Both the position numbers and the translations under genes were made by a program. The notes below the pieces were generated by a model, which ran no database searches, was not told the origin of the DNA, and was given only the letters and a program-made list of their open reading frames with translations. From an uncultured Nitrospiraceae bacterium (GTDB lineage: Bacteria; Nitrospirota; Thermodesulfovibrionia; Thermodesulfovibrionales; Dissulfurispiraceae), in NCBI GenBank assembly GCA_963705105.1, contig CAVPIW010000009.1, forward strand, positions 96,001 through 160,000: a DNA stretch of 64,000 nucleotides. The letters run 5' to 3'. The stretch's first letter is position 1. Each line of letters begins with the position of its first letter. Positions 37,089-46,994 of the stretch are shown in pieces.

Positions 37089-37340
37089 TTTTTCTTTTCA
37101 ATGACTTGCGCTGCCATATCCTTTGTCCATTCACCGAGACTATGCAGTAAATCTTTTACCCTCTGAGCCGCATTCTTCGCCTCGAAGAAAATTTTTATTT
37201 CAGGGCGGGAAACATAACCACCATCTCTGTTATCGCAGAGACGACTGCGCAAGGTGCTGACAGGCCAGATAATTGTTGACGAGACAATTAAAATGGATTA
37301 TACTCCATATTAATTTAATTATTCAGGAGTAATATCCATA

Positions 37341-38501
37341 ATGCAGGTATTGCCGCGATTGCTGCAGATCAAGTTGCCGGAAGGTCAGTCCGCCTTCCTG
37401 TGGGGGCCGAGGAAGACAGGCAAGACAACATTTCTCAAGACCGCGTTCCCGGGTAGTCTTATCTACGATTTACTCCAAACCGACCTTTTCCTCGACCTCG
37501 TCAAACGCCCGTTTCTGCTGCGGGAGCAGCTCCTTGCCGCACCACCGGAGAAGCTGAAAGAGCCTGTCATTATCGACGAGGTGCAGAAGGTGCCTCATCT
37601 GCTCGATGAAATTCACTGGCTCATCGAAAACAAGGGCCTGCGTTTTATTCTGTGCGGCTCCAGCGCCAGGAAACTGAAGCGGGGAAAGGCGAATCTGCTC
37701 GGTGGCCGGGCCTGGCGCTACGAGATGCACCCGCTCGTCTCGGCGGAGGTGTCTGACGTCGACCTGATCAAAGCCCTCAACCGGGGGATGATCCCCGCAC
37801 ACTACATGCAGGAGGAATACCGGAAGTCTCTGCAGGCCTATGTGCGGGACTATCTCAAGGAGGAAGTGTTTGACGAGGGATTGACCCGGAATATCCCGGC
37901 CTTCTCGCGGTTTTTCGACGCCATGGGCTATTCTCACGGAGAGCTGACCAACTATGCGAACATCGCCCGGGATTGCGGCGTCGATGCAAAGACCGTCAAG
38001 GAGTATTACCAGATCCTCGTCGACACACTGCTGGGCACGATGATCGAGCCCTACAAAAAGCGGCAGGACCGCAATGTGATCATCAGGGCCGGCAAGTTTT
38101 ATCTGTTCGACGTCGGCGTCGCCGGGGCGATCACCCACCGCCGGATTGCCGCAGAAAAAGGAGAGGAGTTCGGCAAGGCGTTCGAACATTTCATCCTGAT
38201 GGAACTCCTTGCCCATCGTGCTTACAGGGAGCTGAACTACAATGTCAATTTCTGGCGGACGACGTCAGGACTGGAAGTGGATTTCATCCTGGGACAGGGA
38301 GAAGTGGCCGTCGAGGTGAAGGGGGCAAGCAGGATCGACAACGCGGACCTGCGTCCCCTCAAGAGCTTTATCCGGGAGTACCGCCCGTCCAGGGCCTTCG
38401 TAGTCTGCAACGAACGGGCTCAGCGTATTCATGAGGACATTCGCATTGTGCCGTGGCGTGATTTTCTGAAAATGCTGTGGAGCGGGGACATCATATCGTA
38501 G
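37341..38501 (+). CDS. ATP-binding protein, AAA_14 plus DUF4143
   Basis: GPRKTGKT, IIDEVQ, GSSA, EVDF...AVEVK nuclease-like C-terminus. Confidence 0.9.
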   Translation: MQVLPRLLQIKLPEGQSAFLWGPRKTGKTTFLKTAFPGSLIYDLLQTDLFLDLVKRPFLLREQLLAAPPEKLKEPVIIDEVQKVPHLLDEIHWLIENKGLRFILCGSSARKLKRGKANLLGGRAWRYEMHPLVSAEVSDVDLIKALNRGMIPAHYMQEEYRKSLQAYVRDYLKEEVFDEGLTRNIPAFSRFFDAMGYSHGELTNYANIARDCGVDAKTVKEYYQILVDTLLGTMIEPYKKRQDRNVIIRAGKFYLFDVGVAGAITHRRIAAEKGEEFGKAFEHFILMELLAHRAYRELNYNVNFWRTTSGLEVDFILGQGEVAVEVKGASRIDNADLRPLKSFIREYRPSRAFVVCNERAQRIHEDIRIVPWRDFLKMLWSGDIIS

Positions 38502-38927
38502 AGTCCCCATTGCCGGAAAGGTGAGGAAACTCACCGCACCGATTACCCGCCTTCTGCATCGTGTCGAAGCATCTACGCCTGACATCGAGATCGCTTGTCA
38601 GCAGTGGATACTGAAACTGTCATGCCGCCTGAAAAATCCATGTCTGCTTTTCCTCCTGGCGGGGTTGCCGTCTGCGCGGGGAAGATGGGTGGCTGTATCC
38701 ATATTGTTCCGCTGCTTCCCGCGCATCTCTATCCCTGTCCCCGTGAAGATTACCTTCAGTTCAGGCCTGTGTGTTTATTAGCAAAACTCATCAACCTACA
38801 AGAATTTTTCATTGGACAGGTGCCCGACAATGTGATATTCGTTGAATAGGAAGTGAAGGATCCCGATTCGATCACGCCGTCCCCGGTCGAGGTTGTATTA
38901 ACGTGTCAGCTATAGAAGGAGGATACC

Positions 38928-39878
38928 ATGTTGAAGAGTCTGGTCATAAGTCTGATGGCTCTGATTATCGCAGCGGGCCCCGGTTTCGCGCAGATAATGC
39001 CCGTCCCGACCGGTGAGGGGTACTTTGAGTATGATCCGACTGAGACCGGCGTCGTGAGCGCCGACCCTGCTCAGGCAAAGCCCCTTTCTGTCGGTCCTGT
39101 TGCAAAGGGCGGCGAGAACATAAACATCAGGGTGAGCCTGCCGGCGTTTTCGGCGCCCGTTGACATCTATGTCGCACTGCATGCCCCGGAGGTTCATCCG
39201 GACATCTTCCTGCTCCGGCCCGACAATACCCTCCGCCCGTCCTCGGGCGATCTCGTGCCCTGGAAGGCGAATACTCTGGGGCCGATCGACGAGAGCCTCT
39301 TCGGTGACATCCCGAGTTCCTTACTCCCGGAGGAGATCTATTACCTTTACCTAATGGTCACGCCTGCGACGGCAGCGCAGCCGGCATCCGCCGCACGCGC
39401 GGCGGCAGCGTCCTTCAAGTACAATGCGTGGCGATCCGTTGCGCCCAACTCCCGCATCTTCGGTCAGCTCGGGTTCTTTTACGGGTACAACTTTCCCCAA
39501 GCGAATCTCAGTGTCGAGGGAGGCGACTTCTGTTTCTTCTGGGTAGACAAAAACAATGTCGTGCATGGCACGAGCACGGGCATCTTTTTTCCCAAGGGTG
39601 GCGGCGGCGACAAGGATTGTCCCTGGACGATTACAGCTGGGGTGAATGTCGATGTCCTGGGAGGCAGACTTCTTAAAACTGACGGGCAGAGAACACTTGA
39701 GCTCCAGATCGGGCATCAAATATCCGAGGAATGGACAAACAAGTGTCCGGGGATTCCGCCTATACCTATTCAAAACGCAGGCACAAATTCATTTGCGCTG
39801 CCTTTTGAGAACGGGGCGAGCCTGGTCTCCGACTCACTCCTTATCGACATCTTCCTGTCGATATTCCGCGATCGGTAA
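38928..39878 (+). CDS. Secreted hypothetical protein
   Basis: AGGAGG RBS, signal peptide; shares a ~125-aa domain with the convergent gene. Confidence 0.8.
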   Translation: MLKSLVISLMALIIAAGPGFAQIMPVPTGEGYFEYDPTETGVVSADPAQAKPLSVGPVAKGGENINIRVSLPAFSAPVDIYVALHAPEVHPDIFLLRPDNTLRPSSGDLVPWKANTLGPIDESLFGDIPSSLLPEEIYYLYLMVTPATAAQPASAARAAAASFKYNAWRSVAPNSRIFGQLGFFYGYNFPQANLSVEGGDFCFFWVDKNNVVHGTSTGIFFPKGGGGDKDCPWTITAGVNVDVLGGRLLKTDGQRTLELQIGHQISEEWTNKCPGIPPIPIQNAGTNSFALPFENGASLVSDSLLIDIFLSIFRDR

Positions 39879-39926
39879 AGAAATGGTCTGAGAGGGCGGA
39901 CTCTCAAAGCGCCGGGAGGCATGTCT

Positions 39927-42125
39927 CTACCAAGTTTCTGCCTTCCAGCATCCGGACCCCGGATATTTGCCTTCGCATGTCCAGGTCCCTTTCATTTGAT
40001 TGCACGCCGGCGCATTAAGGGTTGCAGTAACTGTGCAGGTGTTGACCTGCGTCTTCCTCTGAAAAGTGATAATGTTTCCATTCAGAGTCCATGGTCCCTC
40101 CCGTTGAGCGCCTACATCCTGGACACGAAACATGTGATCGGCAGAGAAAAACCAGGGCAACGGCACATAGTGATCGTCTCCGCTGCAACTAGCAGTTTTG
40201 TATTCCGTCACGAGCCAGGTACGGGCGACCGAGGCTTCGGAGCAGGCGCTTGCCGGCGTGAACTCCACCTCACCGTAGGCCGGCGCTTTTACTATCTGAT
40301 ATCCATGCCAGGCAACGTCCTCGACGAACCAGCTTGCAGCTCCGATGATGTCCATGAAGAAATTGAAGAGCTCTATTCCTATGGTCCCGCTCCACGCGGT
40401 CGGGATAATCGCAGCGGCTGAAACCAGGCAGTTGACTATGTCATATGCAAAATCCTGACACAATGTCTTCCTGAAAAACTCTACGGTCGCCGCGTCCGCC
40501 TCCTCGAGCTTCACATAGTCCATGGTGTCCAGGTTGAAATAAAGGTCGGAAATGACATCGAAGCACTTCGTCGGCACCGCCGCCAGGAAGGTCTTCGCGC
40601 TTTCATTTGCCATCCACATCATGTCCAGCCGGTTCAATTTCTCGTAGAGCTCCTTGTCCTTCCGGATCGCTTCCTGTCTCCCCGCAACCGTTATTTTCTT
40701 ATGAATAATGTCCGGAAGCGACGATAGGGTCGCGCCATATGTCTCCAGGGTGCCGGCGCTCAATTGAACGTTAATCACGCGGTCGAGCGACTGCATGCCG
40801 ACAAACCGGAAGAGGTTTGTGTCAAGCGTTTTGTCGGAAGGCACCAGGAAGAACGGGCCCTGTCCGGTGGACGTCTTGACGGCGGCCCAGCGATGAAATT
40901 TATTCTCGGCAGTTGCATAGTCGGCATTGACTCTGTCGACATAGATACCCGTGCCCATATCGCACTTATCCCGAACGGCAAGGGGGGCGCAGTCCGGAGT
41001 CAGAAGTGCTCTGAAATTTGCCGCTGCCCGCACCGGTTCTGCGTTCGCGCCGACCATGAAATACCCGACGGCCCGGCGGGAATTATAGTCGGACAATTCC
41101 GCCACACCCATTGCCGGGTGATAGAGGTAAGGCTTGTTGTCTTTCCGGATGCCTGTAAGACCGCTGTCCGGCGCCGGGCTCTTGTCCTGATACAATTTGC
41201 CCTGATGGAAGATCATCGCACCGGGTGCAACGAGATCGCCGCCGAACGAGCCCACCGACCCGTCACGGACGACAAGGGTGTACGTGTCCCACAGATAAAA
41301 CGCATCCAGCCTTCCAGCCGGGGCCGCAACAAGGTAGAAAAGGTAGACGCCCTGGGGGAGGGCCGATGAGTCGAACTCCCCGAAGGGGACCTCGTCCAGC
41401 GGTCCCGTCATGGCCCTCTTCCACGGCAGGACGCCGGCAGTCGCCGGCTTCAGGCTGTAGTCCTGATGCAGCAGGTATATGTCGGGACTCAGTCCCGGGG
41501 CGTACACGGCAAAGTACAAGTCGACTGCTCCTGCAAATGCGCCGAGACCGACCTTGACACTGAGCTTGTCCGGCGCCCCCGCCGATGGTCCGACCGCCAG
41601 GGGTCTTGCCGCGGCTGCATCGGTGCTCTTGACAGGTGCGTCAACGGGCTTGTAGGAAAACTGCACCGTCGCGGTCGGAAAAGGCATGCCCGCGCTCGGG
41701 ATGACATACGTCGCGGTCAGTGTGAAGTGGGTCGTGACGCTGTTGAGATTGAGTCCCGCGATATACCACCTGCCCGGCCTTAAGGGGGGATTGCTCGCGG
41801 CGGTCAGGGTGATGGATTCGCCGGGACCCGTCGATTCCGACCGGGCGTCGGCATTCGCCGAAAGCTCCTCAATCGTGCCTCCCGTGAGACGGTCCCCGAA
41901 CTTCATGTACAGGTCGATGTCGCCGCTCCCGTTCGTCACCGTCACCGTGAACGCCGTCGCCCCCGCCGGGACATCGATGTACGCGTTTGCGTATGTGAGA
42001 GGGTTCAGAAATGTGTCGAATGGCACGCCGTTCTGGAGCTGCGTGTCAGCAGCCCATGAGAGGACAGGCAGGAGAGCGCTTAAGAAGAGAATTCCAAAGA
42101 GACGCAATATGAAGCATGACATCAT
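39927..42125 (-). CDS. Large secreted protein with PPC-like N-terminal domain
   Basis: GGAGG RBS before ATG 42125, signal peptide, GSGDIDLYMKFG PPC-type motif. Confidence 0.8.
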   Translation of the reverse strand: MMSCFILRLFGILFLSALLPVLSWAADTQLQNGVPFDTFLNPLTYANAYIDVPAGATAFTVTVTNGSGDIDLYMKFGDRLTGGTIEELSANADARSESTGPGESITLTAASNPPLRPGRWYIAGLNLNSVTTHFTLTATYVIPSAGMPFPTATVQFSYKPVDAPVKSTDAAAARPLAVGPSAGAPDKLSVKVGLGAFAGAVDLYFAVYAPGLSPDIYLLHQDYSLKPATAGVLPWKRAMTGPLDEVPFGEFDSSALPQGVYLFYLVAAPAGRLDAFYLWDTYTLVVRDGSVGSFGGDLVAPGAMIFHQGKLYQDKSPAPDSGLTGIRKDNKPYLYHPAMGVAELSDYNSRRAVGYFMVGANAEPVRAAANFRALLTPDCAPLAVRDKCDMGTGIYVDRVNADYATAENKFHRWAAVKTSTGQGPFFLVPSDKTLDTNLFRFVGMQSLDRVINVQLSAGTLETYGATLSSLPDIIHKKITVAGRQEAIRKDKELYEKLNRLDMMWMANESAKTFLAAVPTKCFDVISDLYFNLDTMDYVKLEEADAATVEFFRKTLCQDFAYDIVNCLVSAAAIIPTAWSGTIGIELFNFFMDIIGAASWFVEDVAWHGYQIVKAPAYGEVEFTPASACSEASVARTWLVTEYKTASCSGDDHYVPLPWFFSADHMFRVQDVGAQREGPWTLNGNIITFQRKTQVNTCTVTATLNAPACNQMKGTWTCEGKYPGSGCWKAETW

Positions 42126-42194
42126 CGTATCCTCCACCCGACCCGGGTAATGCGATGGTTTAACTTCTGGGTTATAGATATCCATTAACTAATG

Positions 42195-42210
42195 AGCAAT
42201 ATCGATGCCT
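42195..42210 (-). promoter_or_regulatory. Sigma-54 (-24/-12) promoter
   Basis: AGGCAT-CGATA-TTGCT; adjacent IHF-like ATATCAATAAGATA at 42217-42230. Confidence 0.7.
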
Positions 42211-42262
42211 GTCACGTATCTTATTGATATTCTGAATAGTGTTCGGCCTGTCTGCGATGGAG

Positions 42263-42368
42263 TGTAAAGATCACCGACAGGTCACTTTAGAGATGTTGTC
42301 CCGCAATGCAGCGTTTTGAAGGCCTCTCGGTTCGTCATTGTGGGGGGAGAGTGTAAAGATAACCGACA
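42263..42368. promoter_or_regulatory. Two enhancer-like sites TGTAAAGAT(C/A)ACCGACA
   Basis: 16/17 identical direct repeat at 42263-42279 and 42352-42368, TGT-N11-ACA form, upstream of the sigma-54 promoter. Confidence 0.6.
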
Positions 42369-42819
42369 CCGGCGAACGTCACTCTCTTCACCTGTATGTA
42401 TCAGCTTATGACATTCTTACCTGACTACAGGTCCGCCCGGTCTCAGGCACCCGGAGCGACAAACGGTCATTCCTGAAGGAGACCGACGACTTCGAGAAAG
42501 GGGAAAAGGTGAAAATCCGTAACACGGGGGCAGATTCGCCGGATCGTGTTCCGTGGATGTCAGCGTCCCGGCCAATACGTATTCCGAGACTGTCCATGGC
42601 GGCAAAGGGCATCCCTTTTCAGGCAGGCTTGATTTCTCACGTCAGTACCAAATATCATATTCCGAGAAGCTGACGGAGTACCGCGTTACAGAAAACCGCC
42701 CCAGTGACCGTTCCCGCGGTTTTTGCGACATCTCCTCACTGACTTCGACAACCGGCCGGGACCATTGTCCCTTCGACAATGAGCCTTCACGTACGAATAT
42801 CCCTTTCAAGGAGGACAGG

Positions 42820-43149
42820 ATGTCAAAAAGGATTTACGTGGGAAATCTTCCCTACCAGGCTGATGAGGAAGCGCTGAAAGAAATCTTCGCCGCTATCGGG
42901 GAAGTGCAGTCAGTGAGGATAATCAAGGATGAAACCGGGCGTTCCAAGGGATTCGGGTTCGTCGAAATGACGTCGGACGATGATGCCGACTCGGCCATTT
43001 CCTCTCTTAACGGCACCCCGTTCATGGGCAGGAACATCGTCGTCAACGAAGCGAGACCGCAGACCGGCAGGGGAAGACCGGGCGGTCCGGGCGGCGGAGG
43101 ACAGAGAAAGGGCTACGGAAGAGGCAGGGAATCGGAATCGTGGAGATAA
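42820..43149 (+). CDS. RRM-domain RNA-binding protein
   Basis: IYVGNL (RNP2), KGFGFVEM (RNP1), Gly/Arg-rich tail; AGGAGG RBS. Confidence 0.95.
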   Translation: MSKRIYVGNLPYQADEEALKEIFAAIGEVQSVRIIKDETGRSKGFGFVEMTSDDDADSAISSLNGTPFMGRNIVVNEARPQTGRGRPGGPGGGGQRKGYGRGRESESWR

Positions 43150-43309
43150 GAACGGGCCGGACCCTGTAAGACCAGCCGCTCAGAGGCCCGAAGGTCGTCT
43201 CCGTCATGGAGCCCGGATCGGGCACGTGCGGTGAGGATGACAGCGCAAAGAGGAGTGACACGCGCCTGTCAGGAAGGGGGAACAGCACGCATGGTAAAAG
43301 GGGGCTGCC

Positions 43310-43537
43310 TTGGCTAAACGCGCAGGAGCATACAGAAGCGAGAAGAGAAAAAAGGAAATATTGCGTCAGAAGAAACAGGAAGAGAAGAGACTGAAGCGTT
43401 TTAAGAAAGAATCCGGGGAGGAAGAGACGGAAGGGGCGGAAGGGTCGACGCCTGAAAGCGGCGAGCAGGCGGAATCATCCGAGGAGTCATCAACCTCATC
43501 GCCGGAGGAAACGGGAAATCAGAAGGAAGAATCCTGA
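43310..43537 (+). CDS. Small basic/acidic hypothetical protein
   Basis: TTG start after AAGGGG; Lys/Arg-rich N-terminal half and Glu/Ser-rich C-terminal half. Confidence 0.65.
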   Translation: MAKRAGAYRSEKRKKEILRQKKQEEKRLKRFKKESGEEETEGAEGSTPESGEQAESSEESSTSSPEETGNQKEES

Positions 43538-43573
43538 TAAGACCGCGCTCCTGCATGGCCGGTCTTATCAGGA
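43532..43573. terminator. Hairpin between convergent genes
   Basis: TCCTGATAAGACCG / CGGTCTTATCAGGA 14-bp stem. Confidence 0.6.
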
Positions 43574-43649
43574 AAGGAATGACTCGGGGATGAGTTCTCA
43601 CTCCTGATGCATCATCAGTTCTCCCGTCGTTGCTCACCGTTTTTTCTTT

Positions 43650-44831
43650 TCAGCTCCTCTGATCGATTGCGTCGTAGGAACACCCGTAGAGACCGCAGTA
43701 GTATCCCACATAATCGGACTCGGGACGATAGAGGGCCGGCTTTTCCTGGGCATCGCCGAACTTCTCCTCTATGATGTGGGCGCACCATCCCGCAGACCTT
43801 GAGATGACAAAAAGGGGTGTCATGAGGTCGCCGGGTATCCCCATGAGGTGATAGAAGAGGGCGCTGTAAAAGTCGACATTCGGCTTGATCGTTGTCTTGC
43901 CCCTCCGCTCGAACTCCGTGATCGCCGTTTCTTCGATTTGTGAGGACAGCCGGTACCACCGTTCCCGGCCGAGCCTTTTGCCAAGATCGAGAGACATCCT
44001 TTTGAGGACGTTGGCCCGGGGATCGTTTGTCTTGTAAACGGCGTGTCCCATCCCCATGATCTTGATCCCCTGGTCCAGTTGCCGCCTGACCCATCCCGGA
44101 ACGTCGGCTTCACTCTCAAGATCGAGCAGCATCTTCACGACCTGCGCATTGGCGCCTCCGTGCAGACTGCCCGAGAGGGCGCCGATGCCCGCCGCGACGC
44201 CTGCGTACATGTGAGCGCGTGTCGAGACGACTTCACGGCATGCAAAGGTGGAGGCATTGAAGGTATGGTCGGCGTGAAGGATAAGACAGACGTCGAACCC
44301 GCGGGCCGCTTGTTCATCCGGTTCCGCCCCCTGGAGGAGCCAGAGAAAGTTGCCGGCATGGGATAAACTCCCGTCAGGACGGAGGGGCTCCAGCCCGTTC
44401 CGTATCCGGTGCCAGGCGGCGACGAGGACGGGCAGGCGCGCGATGATCCTGACGGCCTTCCGCATGTTCGCATCCCGCGAATCATCATGAAGGTCGGGGT
44501 CGGCCATGGCGAGGATAGGGATCGAGGCCTGCAGCACATCCATAGGGTGAGCATCGCGCGGCCATTTCGACAGGCTCTCGGTGACGAAGGCGGGTACCTC
44601 TCTCGCCCCGGCGAGCTGCGAGGAGAATTCCTTCAACTGTGCGTCGCTCGGCAAAAGGCCGTGCAGCAGCAGATAGGCCGTTTCTTCGAAGGTCGAGTTT
44701 TCCGCAAGGTCTTCGATCCGGTATCCCCGGTAGATGAGCACGCCCTGCTCACCGTCGATGAAGCTGATTTTCGTGTCCGCCACGGTGATGCCCCGCAGCC
44801 CGACGTTTTTGAACTTCACTTCTTCACTCAT
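43650..44831 (-). CDS. gltA: Citrate synthase
   Basis: GLRG, LIYRGY, HADH..NASTF, LHGGAN, MGMGHAVY, PNVDFYS. Confidence 0.95.
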   Translation of the reverse strand: MSEEVKFKNVGLRGITVADTKISFIDGEQGVLIYRGYRIEDLAENSTFEETAYLLLHGLLPSDAQLKEFSSQLAGAREVPAFVTESLSKWPRDAHPMDVLQASIPILAMADPDLHDDSRDANMRKAVRIIARLPVLVAAWHRIRNGLEPLRPDGSLSHAGNFLWLLQGAEPDEQAARGFDVCLILHADHTFNASTFACREVVSTRAHMYAGVAAGIGALSGSLHGGANAQVVKMLLDLESEADVPGWVRRQLDQGIKIMGMGHAVYKTNDPRANVLKRMSLDLGKRLGRERWYRLSSQIEETAITEFERRGKTTIKPNVDFYSALFYHLMGIPGDLMTPLFVISRSAGWCAHIIEEKFGDAQEKPALYRPESDYVGYYCGLYGCSYDAIDQRS

Positions 44832-44844
44832 ACCTCCCCCTTTT

Positions 44845-46806
44845 TCATGATGCTCCCGTCGATTTTGAGGACCGTCTCAGCTCGTCCCTGACGTAATTGA
44901 GAGTGCCCCCGGCAAGCAGATGCCTCCGCTCCAGGACCGACACATCGAGCAGGGTCACAACCGTGAAGCCCCCAACGACAGCGGGTATTTCCCTGTCGCC
45001 CCTTTCGATCCGTCTTCTCACCTCGGGGAAGGTAATGATCGACCCCTCGGGTATGCGGTCGTAATCATCCCTGTCTCTGAAGACAAGGGGAAGAATGCCG
45101 AAATTGCAGAGATTCGACCGGTGGATGCGGGCAAAGCTCCTGGCTATCTTCACCCGGACGCCGAGGTACCGCGGCGCCAGCGCGGCGTGCTCCCTGCTGG
45201 ACCCCTGACCGTAGTTCTCACCACCGATGACGACAACGTTCTTTTTATCACGGCACTTTTGGTGGAAATCGGGATCAACGGGCGAAAAGGTATACACGCT
45301 TATTGCATCGATGTTCGAGCGGAGGGGAAGGATCTTGTTGCCGGCAGGCAAAATCGTGTCCGTCGAGATGTTGTCTCCGACCTTGAGCACGACCTCGGCC
45401 TCCAGGGTCTCCGGCAGGGCATCGAGCTCGGGTATCGGTTTTATATTGGGCCCCCGGACTATTTCCGTATGCCTGAGATTTTCGGACGGGAAAATAATGG
45501 ACGACTCATCGACGATGTATGGTTGCGGATCGCTGATGCGCGGATAGTTCATGTCTTTGCCCAGATCACGGGGGTCCGTGATGACCCCTGTCAGGGCCGC
45601 TGCAGCGGCCGTTTCAGGGGAGCAGAGGAAGACACGATCGTCTTTCGTGCCTGAGCGGCCGGGAAAATTTCGGGGAAAGGTCCGGAGGCTCACCTGTCCC
45701 GTTCCCGGGGCCTGCCCCATGCCGATGCACCCGAGGCAGCCGGGCTCATGGATGCGCGCCCCCGCCGTAAGAAGAGCGACGAGTCCGCCCTGAGCCGCCA
45801 CGTTGATCATGACCTGCCGGCTTCCGGGGTTGATGTGCAGCGACACGTCATCATGGCAGTGGCGACCATCGAGGATCTTCGCGACGACCATGAGATCGCG
45901 GAAGGATGAGTTGACGCTGCTGCCGACGATGACCTGATCGACCCTGATGCCCGAGACCTCCCGGACGGCAACGACGTTCCCCGGAGAAGAGGGTTTGGCG
46001 ATAAGTGGGTCGAGCTTTGAAAGATCGATTTCATCGTGCTCATCATAGGCTGCTCCGTCGTCCGCTTCAAGACCGATCCAGCTCCCGCCCCGTCCCTGTG
46101 CCTGCAGGTAGGACTTCGCGTTTTCGTCGGAGGGAAAGACGGTTGACGTGGCGCCGAGTTCGGTCCCCATGTTCCCGATCGTTTCCCTGTCCGTTGCCGA
46201 CAGGCACTTGACGCCCGGTCCGTAATACTCGATGATCTTTCCGACACATCCCCGCACGTCGTAGCGCCTCAGCATCTCGAGGATGATGTCCTTTGCGCTC
46301 ACCCAGGGAGGCAGCTCTCCCGTCAGCCGCACGCCGAGCACTTTCGGACAGGGCAGATGATAGGGGTATCCTGCCATGGCCAGGGCGACATCGAGTCCGC
46401 CGGCGCCGATCCCGAGCATCGATACCCCGGCGGCTCCCGGCGTATGGCTGTCGGCGCCAAGGAGTATCTTTCCCGGCACACCGAAACGCTCCATGTGCAC
46501 CTGATGGGACACCCCGTTGCCGGCGCCGCTGTAAATGATCCCGTAGCGGGCTGAAGCGGTCTGGAGGTAGCGGTGGTCGTCTGCGTTCTTGTTGTCCGTC
46601 TGGAGGATATTGTGGTCGACGTACTGCACGGCAAGGCCGATGCCGATACTGTCTATGCCGAGGGCCTCGAACTCGAGCAGCGCCATTGTCCCCGTCGCAT
46701 CCTGAAGGAGGGTCTGGTCGATGCGAAGGGAGATCTCGGTGCCGGGGACAAGCTCTCCCCCGGCGAGGTGTGACCCGAGGACCTTCTGGGTGAGGTTTTT
46801 CTTCAT
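44845..46806 (-). CDS. Aconitate hydratase
   Basis: DQTLLQDATG, GADSHT, CLGCIG, RNFPGR, NYGQGSSREHAA. Confidence 0.93.
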   Translation of the reverse strand: MKKNLTQKVLGSHLAGGELVPGTEISLRIDQTLLQDATGTMALLEFEALGIDSIGIGLAVQYVDHNILQTDNKNADDHRYLQTASARYGIIYSGAGNGVSHQVHMERFGVPGKILLGADSHTPGAAGVSMLGIGAGGLDVALAMAGYPYHLPCPKVLGVRLTGELPPWVSAKDIILEMLRRYDVRGCVGKIIEYYGPGVKCLSATDRETIGNMGTELGATSTVFPSDENAKSYLQAQGRGGSWIGLEADDGAAYDEHDEIDLSKLDPLIAKPSSPGNVVAVREVSGIRVDQVIVGSSVNSSFRDLMVVAKILDGRHCHDDVSLHINPGSRQVMINVAAQGGLVALLTAGARIHEPGCLGCIGMGQAPGTGQVSLRTFPRNFPGRSGTKDDRVFLCSPETAAAAALTGVITDPRDLGKDMNYPRISDPQPYIVDESSIIFPSENLRHTEIVRGPNIKPIPELDALPETLEAEVVLKVGDNISTDTILPAGNKILPLRSNIDAISVYTFSPVDPDFHQKCRDKKNVVVIGGENYGQGSSREHAALAPRYLGVRVKIARSFARIHRSNLCNFGILPLVFRDRDDYDRIPEGSIITFPEVRRRIERGDREIPAVVGGFTVVTLLDVSVLERRHLLAGGTLNYVRDELRRSSKSTGAS

Positions 46807-46994
46807 TGCCTCTCCGGGGACTCCGTATTTCACTTTCATTCTATCACAAAAAAGCTAAAGCTGTGATAACAATGTGAACAGGGCTCCTGAGGTGCAGGCG
46901 AGAGAGGACAGAGTGAGGGAGACCGGCCCTTTCCGGCTCCAGATCCCCCTGATCCCGGGTTGACGTCTCTGATTGCTGTAAGCGGGGGATACCC

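Noticed and set aside
42400..42810. Possible riboswitch or ncRNA upstream of the RRM gene
   Set aside because: No recognisable aptamer motifs by eye; an Rfam scan would be needed
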